Of a stretch of 64,000 nt of DNA, positions 10,306 to 19,487 are shown in pieces (position 1 is the first letter of the stretch; each line of letters opens with the position of its first letter). The DNA comes from Candidatus Thorarchaeota archaeon (GTDB lineage: Archaea; Asgardarchaeota; Thorarchaeia; Thorarchaeales; Thorarchaeaceae). The stretch is taken from the NCBI GenBank assembly GCA_048882385.1, contig JBHLRQ010000003.1, positions 1 through 64,000 on the forward strand, written 5' to 3'. The notes beneath the pieces are model-generated. The model was given only the letters and a program-made list of their open reading frames with translations. It was not told where the DNA came from and searched no databases. The position numbers were made by a program, and so were the translations under genes.

Positions 10306-11082
10306 ATGGCAGAACAATTTCTAAGCCGGTTGACCAAAATCGAAGAGAGCATTAACCAACTTGGAGAAACCTTGAAACGAATGATTACGATATTGGGTAC
10401 GGTCACAGAGATCAAGTCGGAAGTGCGAGTTAGTAAGGAGGAGATAATTGCTGCTCTTGGAAGTCAAGCTGAAGCTACAGGTGGTGACAATCAAGAAGCC
10501 TTAGCATCGATGGTTGTACAGGAAGTAGGAGCAATTCGAGTCTTTGTACAGGAGTCTATGGAAACTCTTCGTAATGAAGTAACGAAGATTATTGAAAATC
10601 ATCGTACTGAAATGACCAAAGTAATTGAAAGTATGCCTTCTCCTGCTGCTGTCCCCGCTGCTGCTCCAAAACCTACACCTCCACCTGCTCCAAAAGCTAC
10701 ACCTCCACCAACCCCTGTTTCAATTCCAACACCAGAGCCAGCACCGCCTCCTGAACCTGAACCCACTGCTCCTGCAACTCCCGCAGTGACTGAACCCGTT
10801 GGATCTTTACCAGCAGACAGAGCGATGCAAATTGCAGGTCATCTAGATTCTGTTGTCAAATCTCTGAAAATGGGCTGCAAGGCAGGTTCAGTCTTAGAAA
10901 CTTTAGCTGAAGTAAAAGAAGCAATTACGAAGATAGTACCAAGTGATCCAATCATGGTTCATATCGATAGATGGTCTGGTGTCGTAGGCGGATATCCAAA
11001 ACGCAAAGAACTTCAGGCCCGAGACATTCTGATGATAAAGAAGGAAATCAAAGCAGAAATTCCCAAATACAGACCTGCCTAA
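10306..11082 (+). CDS. Coiled-coil / proline-rich linker / helical-bundle protein
   Basis: Helical N-half, Pro/Ala-rich linker containing PTAP, compact helical C-terminal domain; GGTGAT SD-like site upstream. Confidence 0.7.
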   Translation: MAEQFLSRLTKIEESINQLGETLKRMITILGTVTEIKSEVRVSKEEIIAALGSQAEATGGDNQEALASMVVQEVGAIRVFVQESMETLRNEVTKIIENHRTEMTKVIESMPSPAAVPAAAPKPTPPPAPKATPPPTPVSIPTPEPAPPPEPEPTAPATPAVTEPVGSLPADRAMQIAGHLDSVVKSLKMGCKAGSVLETLAEVKEAITKIVPSDPIMVHIDRWSGVVGGYPKRKELQARDILMIKKEIKAEIPKYRPA

Positions 11083-11501
11083 TCATCACCTATTGGCCCA
11101 CCATTAGCGATGAGCTTCATTGTCGCCAAAACTCTAATGACGTCAGTGGCAGTAATTACTCCAATGATGTCGTTCCCCTCAATAACAGGAATGCGTTGTC
11201 GTCCAGTTTGATTCATTAAGGTAACCGCCTGACCAATATCCGCTTCTGGACCTATTGTGACGACTGGTGTTATCATGATGTCCTCTAGAGTGAGAGATTG
11301 ATATGATTCTTCAGAAAGAAGGTGTGCACTGACCATCTCTCGACGAGTAACCATCCCTACAAGAACATCTGCTTTTGTTACAAGAAGACTCCCTACATCT
11401 TCTGCAGCCATTAATTTAGCTGCCTCTTTCACCAAAGTGTCAGCCTCAGCGGTGATGATGAATGTAGTCATGAAGTCCCGTACTTGCAAATTCCTATTCA
11501 C
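11079..11501 (-). CDS. CBS domain pair protein
   Basis: VRDFMT..AAKLM..VGSLLV..GMVT and second repeat IMITPVVTI..RIPVI..GVITATD. Confidence 0.9.
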   Translation of the reverse strand: MNRNLQVRDFMTTFIITAEADTLVKEAAKLMAAEDVGSLLVTKADVLVGMVTRREMVSAHLLSEESYQSLTLEDIMITPVVTIGPEADIGQAVTLMNQTGRQRIPVIEGNDIIGVITATDVIRVLATMKLIANGGPIGDD

Positions 11502-11516
11502 CTTTGTTTGAGTTTT

Positions 11517-12125
11517 TCACATTATAGGGCTCTTGCTTTCTGCAAGTGCTTTGGCCAGTACAACTTCCGCTGTACGTGAAAATACATTGTTAACTTCATC
11601 ACCAGTCTTGGCTGATGTTTCAAAATACTCTGACTGGAACCAATCACGTAACATTCTTCCTGGTTCTGTGGGAACCATTCTTTGTTCTACAAGATCGATT
11701 TTGTTGGCACTTATTAGAACTGGCGAATCGGGACATACTTCCTTGAACGATTCAAACCAATTATTCATCGCCATGAATGTTTCGGGTCGCGTGACATCAT
11801 ATACGATAATCGCGGCAGATGCTCCCTTCATAAACTGCCTTCTTAACTCTCGATAGGTGGACTGTCCTCCCATATCCCACACATTGAGGCGAACTTTTCG
11901 AACCTCGCCTCCTGAGTCTGTCACATCAACATCTTTGGTGGCAAATGTTGTGCCTATAGTTTGCTTATATTCTTCATCAAAGGCGTTCTCAGTATATCTA
12001 CGCAGGAGTGAGGACTTGCCCACAGCAGCCTCTCCAAGTAGGACTATCCGAAACTTATACCCCTCAAATCCATCAGACGCACTATTGTCTGGTGAAGCAT
12101 CTGAAGCATCGTTTCTTTCAGTCAA
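11517..12125 (-). CDS. Rab-like small GTPase
   Basis: GEAAVGKS, QTIG, WDMGGQ, NKID, ETSAK. Confidence 0.93.
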   Translation of the reverse strand: MTERNDASDASPDNSASDGFEGYKFRIVLLGEAAVGKSSLLRRYTENAFDEEYKQTIGTTFATKDVDVTDSGGEVRKVRLNVWDMGGQSTYRELRRQFMKGASAAIIVYDVTRPETFMAMNNWFESFKEVCPDSPVLISANKIDLVEQRMVPTEPGRMLRDWFQSEYFETSAKTGDEVNNVFSRTAEVVLAKALAESKSPIM

Positions 12126-12207
12126 TCGAGAGCACTCCAGGTAGTCTCTGTTAGGTCCTACCCAGAATTCTCACGGATTTCATCTTATATCTTTTCTGCG
12201 TTTTGTA

Positions 12208-13869
12208 CTACCACTCAGTATTTCTAGGTATGAGTATCTCAAATGTCACTATTGGATAGGCAATTCCGAAGTTGCTGAGAACCTCAGGCAAAACCTCACC
12301 AAGTATCCCAACATTCTTGTCGTTAATGATGATTTGAGCTGATCTTCCTTCAATGAAACTAGGATACTTCTTTGGTTTAAACCTGAATTGACTATCAAGA
12401 CCTAAGTTTCTCAATAGGAATCCTATCTCAGTCATAAGAGTCGTTATGTTCACTCTTACATCAGTAATTAATCCACTCACAGTTGGGATTTGGTCTACAC
12501 GTGTTTCCATTTCCTCATTGGGAACAACGATATCGCCAACCTCGAATATCTTCTGTGGATAATCTGCATGTTGATTCTGAGAGGCGAAGTCTAATAAAAC
12601 GGGAATGAGTGAGTTTCTTAGAACTGAATAATTGCGACTCTTCGGATTTTCTGTAGTAACTATTGGTTCATTACGAAGCATCTTCTCATTCAGTATTTCT
12701 GGTGAGGTCATGATGTAGCTCATTATCTCCTGATAACCCATACCTACCATCAGGTCTCTTACCTTGTTTTTGAGTCTGGTAGTATGTGACAACACTCCAG
12801 TAGTCATTGTCTGTGGCATTGCTGGTACAAACCTATCAAATCCATATCCTATGGCGATGTCTTCAATGATGTCCACTGCATGGAGAATATCCATTCTGAA
12901 TTTTGGAACCTTAACTTGTACAGATTTTGATGTTGCATTTCCTCCATATCCCATTCGTTCGAGAGCTTTCACTATCTCTACACCGCCTAGATCAAGTCCT
13001 ATCATTGACGTAATCTTTTGAATTGGAATCGTCATCGTACTAGGACTGAAATCTGGGGTTTCATCTGTTGATCCATCTGGATATACCACAGTAACAGACT
13101 CTATCTTTCCACCCCTCTCAGCCAGTGAAGATGTGATTATATTCAATGCTTGGTGAACGGTCAACAAATGGGTTCCAGTAACTTCGATGAACAGATTCTT
13201 TGTATCAGTGGTCATGCGACCAAGATCATTACTGTTAATGATAGGCGGAAGGCTCAACACCTGATTGTCAGAATCGTAAAGCAGTGGCCATTTCTTGTGA
13301 GCTTGAATAATGGGACCAAATTCAACACCTTTCTCATGATCACTCATGATTGTAGGGCCATCCATCTCTATTTCATGTCCAAGTGGAACGAACTTGATCT
13401 TGTCCGGCGGCTTAGGTCCATAGATCACTGGAAACTTGAGCTTGTCATATACGTAAAGACCTATGCTTGCCTTGCTCCTGTTCCTCCCATGTGTTGATGT
13501 GAGTGCATCTTGGAGGTGCATATACTCCTTGATTAGCTCGTCATCTGAAGGAGTGTCCTTGATGATTGAGCATGCAATGTAAGGTCTAATCTTACTTAAT
13601 CCCGGTTTGACGATGATTTGTTTTCCTGATTTCTTGATAGTATATTTCTTGAGTCCTAATTCAAGTCTAAGGAATGATTTGACTGCACGTGCAATACCCT
13701 CAGGTGAGAGCATATCCTGACGATCTGGATTCACCTCTATCTCAATGATGTTTCCCTCGACTTTCTCAACTTCTGCCTTAATGAGAAACAGAGTATCCTC
13801 TAGTTTTTCCAAAGTGAGTTTCTTGCCAATCAATGCGAGGAGGTCATCAATTCTACATTCGACAATCAT
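12208..13869 (-). CDS. pheT: Phenylalanine--tRNA ligase beta subunit
   Basis: NPDRQDMLS, SLPPIINS, RMDILHAVDIIEDIAIGYG; directly downstream of pheS. Confidence 0.96.
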   Translation of the reverse strand: MIVECRIDDLLALIGKKLTLEKLEDTLFLIKAEVEKVEGNIIEIEVNPDRQDMLSPEGIARAVKSFLRLELGLKKYTIKKSGKQIIVKPGLSKIRPYIACSIIKDTPSDDELIKEYMHLQDALTSTHGRNRSKASIGLYVYDKLKFPVIYGPKPPDKIKFVPLGHEIEMDGPTIMSDHEKGVEFGPIIQAHKKWPLLYDSDNQVLSLPPIINSNDLGRMTTDTKNLFIEVTGTHLLTVHQALNIITSSLAERGGKIESVTVVYPDGSTDETPDFSPSTMTIPIQKITSMIGLDLGGVEIVKALERMGYGGNATSKSVQVKVPKFRMDILHAVDIIEDIAIGYGFDRFVPAMPQTMTTGVLSHTTRLKNKVRDLMVGMGYQEIMSYIMTSPEILNEKMLRNEPIVTTENPKSRNYSVLRNSLIPVLLDFASQNQHADYPQKIFEVGDIVVPNEEMETRVDQIPTVSGLITDVRVNITTLMTEIGFLLRNLGLDSQFRFKPKKYPSFIEGRSAQIIINDKNVGILGEVLPEVLSNFGIAYPIVTFEILIPRNTEW

Positions 13870-13874
13870 CGTTT

Positions 13875-15383
13875 TCACCTCACAAAATGGCTCCTCCTGA
13901 GCCAATTAAGATCTCTTGAAAACAGATCTCTGATGTCGTTTATTCCCATGGAAGCCATATACAATCGTCCAGAGCCAATCCCCCATGCCAGCACAGAGTC
14001 TTTGATACCCAATGGTCGTGTAACCTCTGGTCTGAATATTCCAGAACCTCCTAGCTCAATCCATCCTAGTTTCTCATGTTTTCCAAATGTTTCAACACTC
14101 GGTTCTGTGAATGGGAATTGTCCTGGTTTGAACTTGAGTTTCTCAATGCCAACAGCTTTGCAAATAGAGGTCAAATATCCAAGTAAGTCTCTTAGAGTTA
14201 ATCCTTTGTCCATTATGATGCCCTCGCATTGATTGAACTCCTGAGCATGAGTAGCACTGAGAGTTTCACTTCTGAAATTACGATCAATGATGAACATCTT
14301 TTGTGGACTCTCTCTATGTTCGTACAAATACCTCATTGATACAGGTGTAGTATGAGGTCTTAGACAAAGTCTAGTGGCCACCTCCTCACTATAAGGCCAG
14401 TCCCATCCTGTTGAACCTGTATTTCCTCCGTTCTCATGAACTGCTTTTACAGCTCTGTAGTATTTCTTATCCACAATGTGCCCGTGACTATATGGTGACG
14501 CCACTCTGAACTGGTCCTGAACTTCTCGGGATACATGATCCTGAGGAACGAAGAGTGAATCATGACCCCAAAACTCAGTTTCGACATACGGTCCAATCCA
14601 TTCTGTGAAACCTAGTCCAACCATTATCTCTCTGAGCCAGTCATTGAACTCACCATAGGGATGTTTCTTTCCATAATTGGCATAGACTGGTTGAATATCA
14701 ACATTGTAGGGTCTGAAGGATTTGCCTTTCCAGTTTCCGCTAGCAAGTATCTCATGAGTTAGATTTCCTATACCCTCAACACCTGCATCGAGTAACTTTT
14801 CAATCTCCCCCTTCTTTGCTCCTATCAGCTCAGCTTCAAATGTTTTGGTTACGCTCTCAGAAACAAGTTTTCGCTCTTGAGCCTGTTTAAGAATTGCTGC
14901 AAGATTCTGAGGTAATGTTTGCTTTCCATCTGAGAGCTGTTTCAAGATATCAGTAATCTCTGATACCGGGTTGTCTACAACTGTTCGTAGAACTGTAGAT
15001 CCTTCTTCTTTGGATATTTGAATCCACCCAGTTTTACGAGCCCAATTCATAGCTATTCCTTTTGCTTTAGTATCTAGTCCTGCTCGAGCAACAGCATCAT
15101 CAAAAGTGGCTTTTCCTCCAAGGTCCTTAACTCCAAAAAAGAGTCTAACCTCTGGAAGCCCAGATTCAACGTATTCCACTCCTTCACTAGTCAAGGCATA
15201 TGCCACCTTCTCTTTGGGATGAATCTGCACAAGACTTCTACTTGCCAGTGAATTAAGGATCGAAGTGACTCTCTCTTCTGCTTGGTCGAGATTCTTTGCA
15301 AGTTGAGCTGTGGAAACACGATGATCTAGATTGAGTAGTTCTTGTAGTACTATTCTCTCACCTTCAGTCAACTGTTCGCTCAT
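13875..15383 (-). CDS. pheS: Phenylalanine--tRNA ligase alpha subunit (archaeal/eukaryotic type)
   Basis: LRPHTT, FPFTEPSVE, GSGIFRPEV, AWGIG; N-terminal winged-helix extension. Confidence 0.96.
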   Translation of the reverse strand: MSEQLTEGERIVLQELLNLDHRVSTAQLAKNLDQAEERVTSILNSLASRSLVQIHPKEKVAYALTSEGVEYVESGLPEVRLFFGVKDLGGKATFDDAVARAGLDTKAKGIAMNWARKTGWIQISKEEGSTVLRTVVDNPVSEITDILKQLSDGKQTLPQNLAAILKQAQERKLVSESVTKTFEAELIGAKKGEIEKLLDAGVEGIGNLTHEILASGNWKGKSFRPYNVDIQPVYANYGKKHPYGEFNDWLREIMVGLGFTEWIGPYVETEFWGHDSLFVPQDHVSREVQDQFRVASPYSHGHIVDKKYYRAVKAVHENGGNTGSTGWDWPYSEEVATRLCLRPHTTPVSMRYLYEHRESPQKMFIIDRNFRSETLSATHAQEFNQCEGIIMDKGLTLRDLLGYLTSICKAVGIEKLKFKPGQFPFTEPSVETFGKHEKLGWIELGGSGIFRPEVTRPLGIKDSVLAWGIGSGRLYMASMGINDIRDLFSRDLNWLRRSHFVR

Positions 15384-15697
15384 ATGTCAATCAAAACTCC
15401 TGAAACTGATAGAACCGATTGGGACAGACACGCCTCATACTCTCTAATTCTATACAATAAGTGACCCCTTATGGGGTAGTCGTAAATTGGCAGTAATCCA
15501 TCCGAATCCATCCTGCTTATACAGGAAAAAATAGCTCACCTTTTTAATGTGTCGCAAAAAGTCAAAATTAGAAGTTTCAAATAACCGCCGCTACGTAATG
15601 TTAAAATACACTCAATTGGGAGTTCCCGTTGGCAGGAAAATACTGCCTCTGATTTTTGATGAAATCAGTGAATCATAAGAGAGTGAAGGTGAAGAAC

Positions 15698-16777
15698 ATG
15701 TCAGCGGAGCGACACAGGCTTAGACGAAAGGTAGAACAGCTTAAAGCCTACCAAGGACGTCATAGTTCATTCACGACATTGTATGTTCCACCTTCCAAGA
15801 ACCTCACTGATGTTATCAACTTTGTAAAGACTGAACTCGCAGGTGCTGAGAACATCAAAAGCAAGGCAAATCGCAAGAATGTATCAGACAACCTTACAGC
15901 AATTCTCAGTGAGCTAACGAAAATTCCTGAAATACCTCAAAATGGTCTTGCTTTCTTCTTTGGAGTTGAAGAGGAAGGTGGCACTGGTAATGATATTAGA
16001 GAACTAGTGGTTCCACCCACTCCTATATCACAGTTCATTTATCTCTGTGGAAGAGAATTTGTTACGGAAGAACTTGAGAATATGACCAAACCAAAGAGCT
16101 TGGTCGTGATAGTCCTGATCGAGGGCGGGAAAGTTACTATTGGTTACCTTCGTGGAAAACATATGGAACTCGTTCGAGACGAAGATTTCTACATCATCGG
16201 CAAAACAAGAGCCGGAGGTCAGAGTGCAAAGAGGTACATGCGGCTTCGTGAAGAGAAGATGATGGAGTTCTTCAAGTATGTGGGTCGAATGCTCAACAAT
16301 CTTCTGCTTGAAGATTTAGATAATGTTGATGCAATTGTACTTGGTGGAAACACAATTCGTTGCCAAGAATTTCTGGAAAAAGGGGACCTCGATTATCGAC
16401 TTCGGGAAAAAGTAGCTGAAACGATCATCCCTGTAAGTATTATCGATGAAACTGGTCTCTATCAAGCAATGAAAGAAGCTTCTCGAGTTCTTCGTGAAAC
16501 TGAAATCTATGCAGAGCGCCAGACTTGGGATCAGTTTGTGGAAGACCTTATGAAAGGCCTCAATACTGTGACCTACGGAAAAGACGAAGTCATGAGTGCT
16601 CTTCGGCAAGGTCGCGTCGATACTATAATGGTACTTGAGGATTTAGCAGACCAAATGGATGAACTTTATGACGAGATCGGAACATATGGTAGCAAAATGT
16701 TAGTTTTCTCGAATCAGACAGAATCTGGAGCGCAATTGAAATCTTTCGGTGGAATGGCAGCGCGTCTACGGTGGTAA
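15698..16777 (+). CDS. prf1: Peptide chain release factor aRF1
   Basis: NIKS, YLCGREF (YxCxxxF), GGQSAKR, FGGMAARLR. Confidence 0.93.
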   Translation: MSAERHRLRRKVEQLKAYQGRHSSFTTLYVPPSKNLTDVINFVKTELAGAENIKSKANRKNVSDNLTAILSELTKIPEIPQNGLAFFFGVEEEGGTGNDIRELVVPPTPISQFIYLCGREFVTEELENMTKPKSLVVIVLIEGGKVTIGYLRGKHMELVRDEDFYIIGKTRAGGQSAKRYMRLREEKMMEFFKYVGRMLNNLLLEDLDNVDAIVLGGNTIRCQEFLEKGDLDYRLREKVAETIIPVSIIDETGLYQAMKEASRVLRETEIYAERQTWDQFVEDLMKGLNTVTYGKDEVMSALRQGRVDTIMVLEDLADQMDELYDEIGTYGSKMLVFSNQTESGAQLKSFGGMAARLRW

Positions 16778-16784
16778 TGAAAAT

Positions 16785-17246
16785 TTAGGCTCTCGGTGGA
16801 CGCGGAATCTCTCGCAAGGTTTCAATGTCTTCAACCCATTTTGCGAGTTCTTCACTAATTCCATTCATGAATGTTAGGAGAGTCTGTTGGTACTTTCGTA
16901 AATGCTGTTGTTCTAATTTACTAGATTTGGAAACAAAATCTTTGACGCGTTTTGGAAACCCAATAGACCACCTACGAAGCATCAGCTCTGCCTTTCGGTC
17001 TTCAAGTACTTTTTTAGCCATTCTGAGTTTCCTTCTCTTGGTAATCAAATCTTCAAGGAGCTTCTGCATTGTAATCGTGGCTGCAACGAGTTCCTTCGCG
17101 TCAAGTTTGCTGTCTTGGTTGCGGCTTGTGTAGTATACACGCTTTAGATCTCTCTTTGCACTCATTACATGAGTCAAAAGTCTAGTCAATGAATGTACCA
17201 TGGCACTCTTTCCTTCAGTTATTGACGTAAAAAGGTCTGTGTTCAT
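16785..17246 (-). CDS. Hypothetical alpha-helical protein
   Basis: 153-aa basic coiled-coil-like ORF, co-oriented just downstream of the Cas4-like genes. Confidence 0.6.
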   Translation of the reverse strand: MNTDLFTSITEGKSAMVHSLTRLLTHVMSAKRDLKRVYYTSRNQDSKLDAKELVAATITMQKLLEDLITKRRKLRMAKKVLEDRKAELMLRRWSIGFPKRVKDFVSKSSKLEQQHLRKYQQTLLTFMNGISEELAKWVEDIETLREIPRPPRA

Positions 17247-17260
17247 GTATGTCTTACTGA

Positions 17261-17920
17261 TTAAAAAGCCGAGTAATTACATCTGTCCCTGCTATATGGA
17301 CAAGCTCTACATTTCTCCTTCTCAGGAGAAGGCTTTGGTTTGCGTCCTCTATACCAAATCTCATCTATCTTTTCGAGAGATTTGATCACTTTATTTGGAT
17401 CAAATTGGCTAATGTGGATCTTACCTCCTCCGCAACCCCAACAATCCTTCATGGAGTTGCCTTCCATGCATCTTATTGCCTGATCTTGGAGGCAATAGAC
17501 ATTGATTAGAAGGGTTGTTGAACATGAAACGCCGCTCTCATATAGAGCAAGAGCATAAAGCCCCGTTTGAAACATATCTTCAGGTCTTTTATTTTCCGGC
17601 AGATATTTGGTTGGAAATTTGTGTTCAATGATTAGATCAAGTACGGGGGTGTCTTCCCAATGAAATATTGCTCTATCGAATCTTCCAATGAACCGGTATC
17701 CTAATGACCTTACAGTTTCTTCTGAGAATGAATAGTATTGTCCTAAACCCCATCTACTAGGCTTCAAATGAAGAAATTCGTATAAAGTCCAGGGAGCTGG
17801 TAATGCCCTACGAATCTTCATCTTAACTGTGTAAAACCTTTTTCGATGTTTGAACATGAAGAGGATAACTATGCAACCAAGAACGACTACCCATATCAAT
17901 AGATTAGCGTAAGCATCCAT
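17261..17920 (-). CDS. Cas4-like PD-(D/E)XK nuclease, C-terminal part, with N-terminal transmembrane helix
   Basis: IGRFD..IIEHK, QTGLYAL, C-terminal CRACPYSRDRC; TM LLIWVVVLGCIVILFMF followed by KHRKR; GGTGAGG SD before ATG 17920. Confidence 0.8.
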   Translation of the reverse strand: MDAYANLLIWVVVLGCIVILFMFKHRKRFYTVKMKIRRALPAPWTLYEFLHLKPSRWGLGQYYSFSEETVRSLGYRFIGRFDRAIFHWEDTPVLDLIIEHKFPTKYLPENKRPEDMFQTGLYALALYESGVSCSTTLLINVYCLQDQAIRCMEGNSMKDCWGCGGGKIHISQFDPNKVIKSLEKIDEIWYRGRKPKPSPEKEKCRACPYSRDRCNYSAF

Positions 17921-17924
17921 TTCC

Positions 17925-18191
17925 TCACCACAAGATCCACAGTACACCAAGAACTATCGCAACGACTATGATAAGAAGAGGAACTATCTTGGTTTCTTTA
18001 CTATCAGCTAAGGATGGAACTTGATCTGATACAAGTCTATGTAGAACTGTGCCGGTGACGCCTGCATCAGATGATGAATCACCAACTCTCTGTTTCAAGA
18101 GAAGTCTGTATTCACATTGAAACTGCGTTCTTAGATCTGACACCTCTCTAAGCCAATTTTCCGGTCGCCGATCAACCTCTTTCAGTTTCAT
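17925..18191 (-). CDS. Cas4-like nuclease N-terminal fragment with C-terminal transmembrane helix
   Basis: VSDL.TQFQCEYRLLL and GTVLH match the Cas4/AddB N-terminal S-x-L..C..G-xxx-H pattern; TM IVPLLIIVVAIVLGVLWILW. Confidence 0.65.
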   Translation of the reverse strand: MKLKEVDRRPENWLREVSDLRTQFQCEYRLLLKQRVGDSSSDAGVTGTVLHRLVSDQVPSLADSKETKIVPLLIIVVAIVLGVLWILW

Positions 18192-18330
18192 TATCTCTCA
18201 GAAATCTGTTTGTGATAGACCTTGAAAAGCAGCACACTTCTAATCCTATTGATGCAAACAGTAGAGATTCACTTATATTCGATTTTGAGGAGTTTTCTCA
18301 AACAGGATTTCGCTACGGAGACAAGGGCTG

Positions 18331-18753
18331 ATGTCAGACGAAACCTATGAAGGAGCAACTGCCGGACGAGTACTAGTATTTGATGATAGTGAAACCGTGA
18401 AATTTCCCGCGGCTTTCAAGAATGCAATGGGAACAGGTCAAGGCCTTATGGTTCTTGTACACAAGGACCGACTAATCAAGATTTTTCCCCTCGAAACCAA
18501 CGAGGTTCTATTTCTCAGCCTTGAGATTGGAAAGCTAACAAATGATTTCCTAACTAAGCTTTCACAAATCTTCAAGAAATCAGGGCTGGTAGACCTTCTA
18601 TTTTCGACAGGTGTTTGCCTAAGAGGAACTAGATGTTTCTATGAGTGTTATTTCAATCCAGCTCAACTCAGTGCGGAACTATCTGAGCTCGAAGACTCAT
18701 TGAGAGTACTTGATGGTGTACAGAGAGTAGTTATCAATCAAGTATCCGTGTGA
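18331..18753 (+). CDS. Hypothetical protein, possible AbrB-like plus ACT-like regulator
   Basis: N-terminal VKFPAAFKNAMG resembles AbrB; C-terminal LSELEDSLRVLDGVQRV resembles ACT end. Confidence 0.45.
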   Translation: MSDETYEGATAGRVLVFDDSETVKFPAAFKNAMGTGQGLMVLVHKDRLIKIFPLETNEVLFLSLEIGKLTNDFLTKLSQIFKKSGLVDLLFSTGVCLRGTRCFYECYFNPAQLSAELSELEDSLRVLDGVQRVVINQVSV

Positions 18754-19451
18754 GCACTCAAAACTATTCAATCATTGGTGCATTCCACATGCAAGACCTC
18801 TTTGTATTCATCACTGAGATGATTACTCAGGGATATCTTGGTTTGTTTCTCATATGTTTTGCAATCAATATGATTCCTTTCCTCAGTCCGAGCAACATGG
18901 TTCTTGCAGGAGCCGCGGCACTACTTGTCCCAGAACTTGGATGGATTCAAATTGGTCTGATTGTTGCAATAACTGCAACATTAGCCAAATTCATTCACTA
19001 TGCTGTTGTTCGTGGATCGCGTGTAATGCTCTCTGAAGAACGAGTTAAGATGCTAGAGAATGAGAAGGATAGAGTTCAAAAATGGGGTGCTTTGGCTCTC
19101 TTTATTGCGGCTGCATCGCCAGTGCCGGATGATCCTCTAATCGTCTATGTGGGTCTTACTAAATACAACTCGGTCAAATTTATTCTAAGTTACTTCATTG
19201 GTAAGGTTGCAGTTACACTTGCTGGTGCATTCATCGGATTCGAAACAGCTAATTATTTTGAATCGACACCTATTGTTCTTGCATCAATAGCACTCACAGC
19301 AATAATCACTGGCATCCTCTTCAAGCGTAGGTCCGAGGGCAAGGAATCAGACATGCTTCAAGATATTCTTGAAGAAGAGATCATTGGTGATAATGAATCA
19401 AAACAACTTCCTAAAGAAGACGAAGTATCTGATGAACCAATGAGGAGATAG
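18750..19451 (+). CDS. DedA/VTT (SNARE-associated Golgi-like) membrane protein
   Basis: INMIPF.SPS, ALFIAAASPVPDD, FIGK motifs with hydrophobic helices. Confidence 0.8.
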   Translation: MSTQNYSIIGAFHMQDLFVFITEMITQGYLGLFLICFAINMIPFLSPSNMVLAGAAALLVPELGWIQIGLIVAITATLAKFIHYAVVRGSRVMLSEERVKMLENEKDRVQKWGALALFIAAASPVPDDPLIVYVGLTKYNSVKFILSYFIGKVAVTLAGAFIGFETANYFESTPIVLASIALTAIITGILFKRRSEGKESDMLQDILEEEIIGDNESKQLPKEDEVSDEPMRR

Positions 19452-19487
19452 AAAATAATCTTCGCATAGTTCGGAATTCTTAAGTGC

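Noticed and set aside
15450-15539. pheM-like leader peptide (VSYFFLY...) upstream of pheS
   Set aside because: Only three Phe codons, GTG start lies too close to the putative TATA box, and the FF arises from an A-run
17905-17930. Selenocysteine readthrough of the TGA joining the two Cas4-like halves
   Set aside because: Readthrough gives TGA GGA AAT GGA TGC TTA CGC TAA, a different frame from the second ORF and quickly terminated
17261-18191. CRISPR-Cas locus implied by Cas4-like genes
   Set aside because: No repeat-spacer array, cas1, cas2 or effector genes seen in the window
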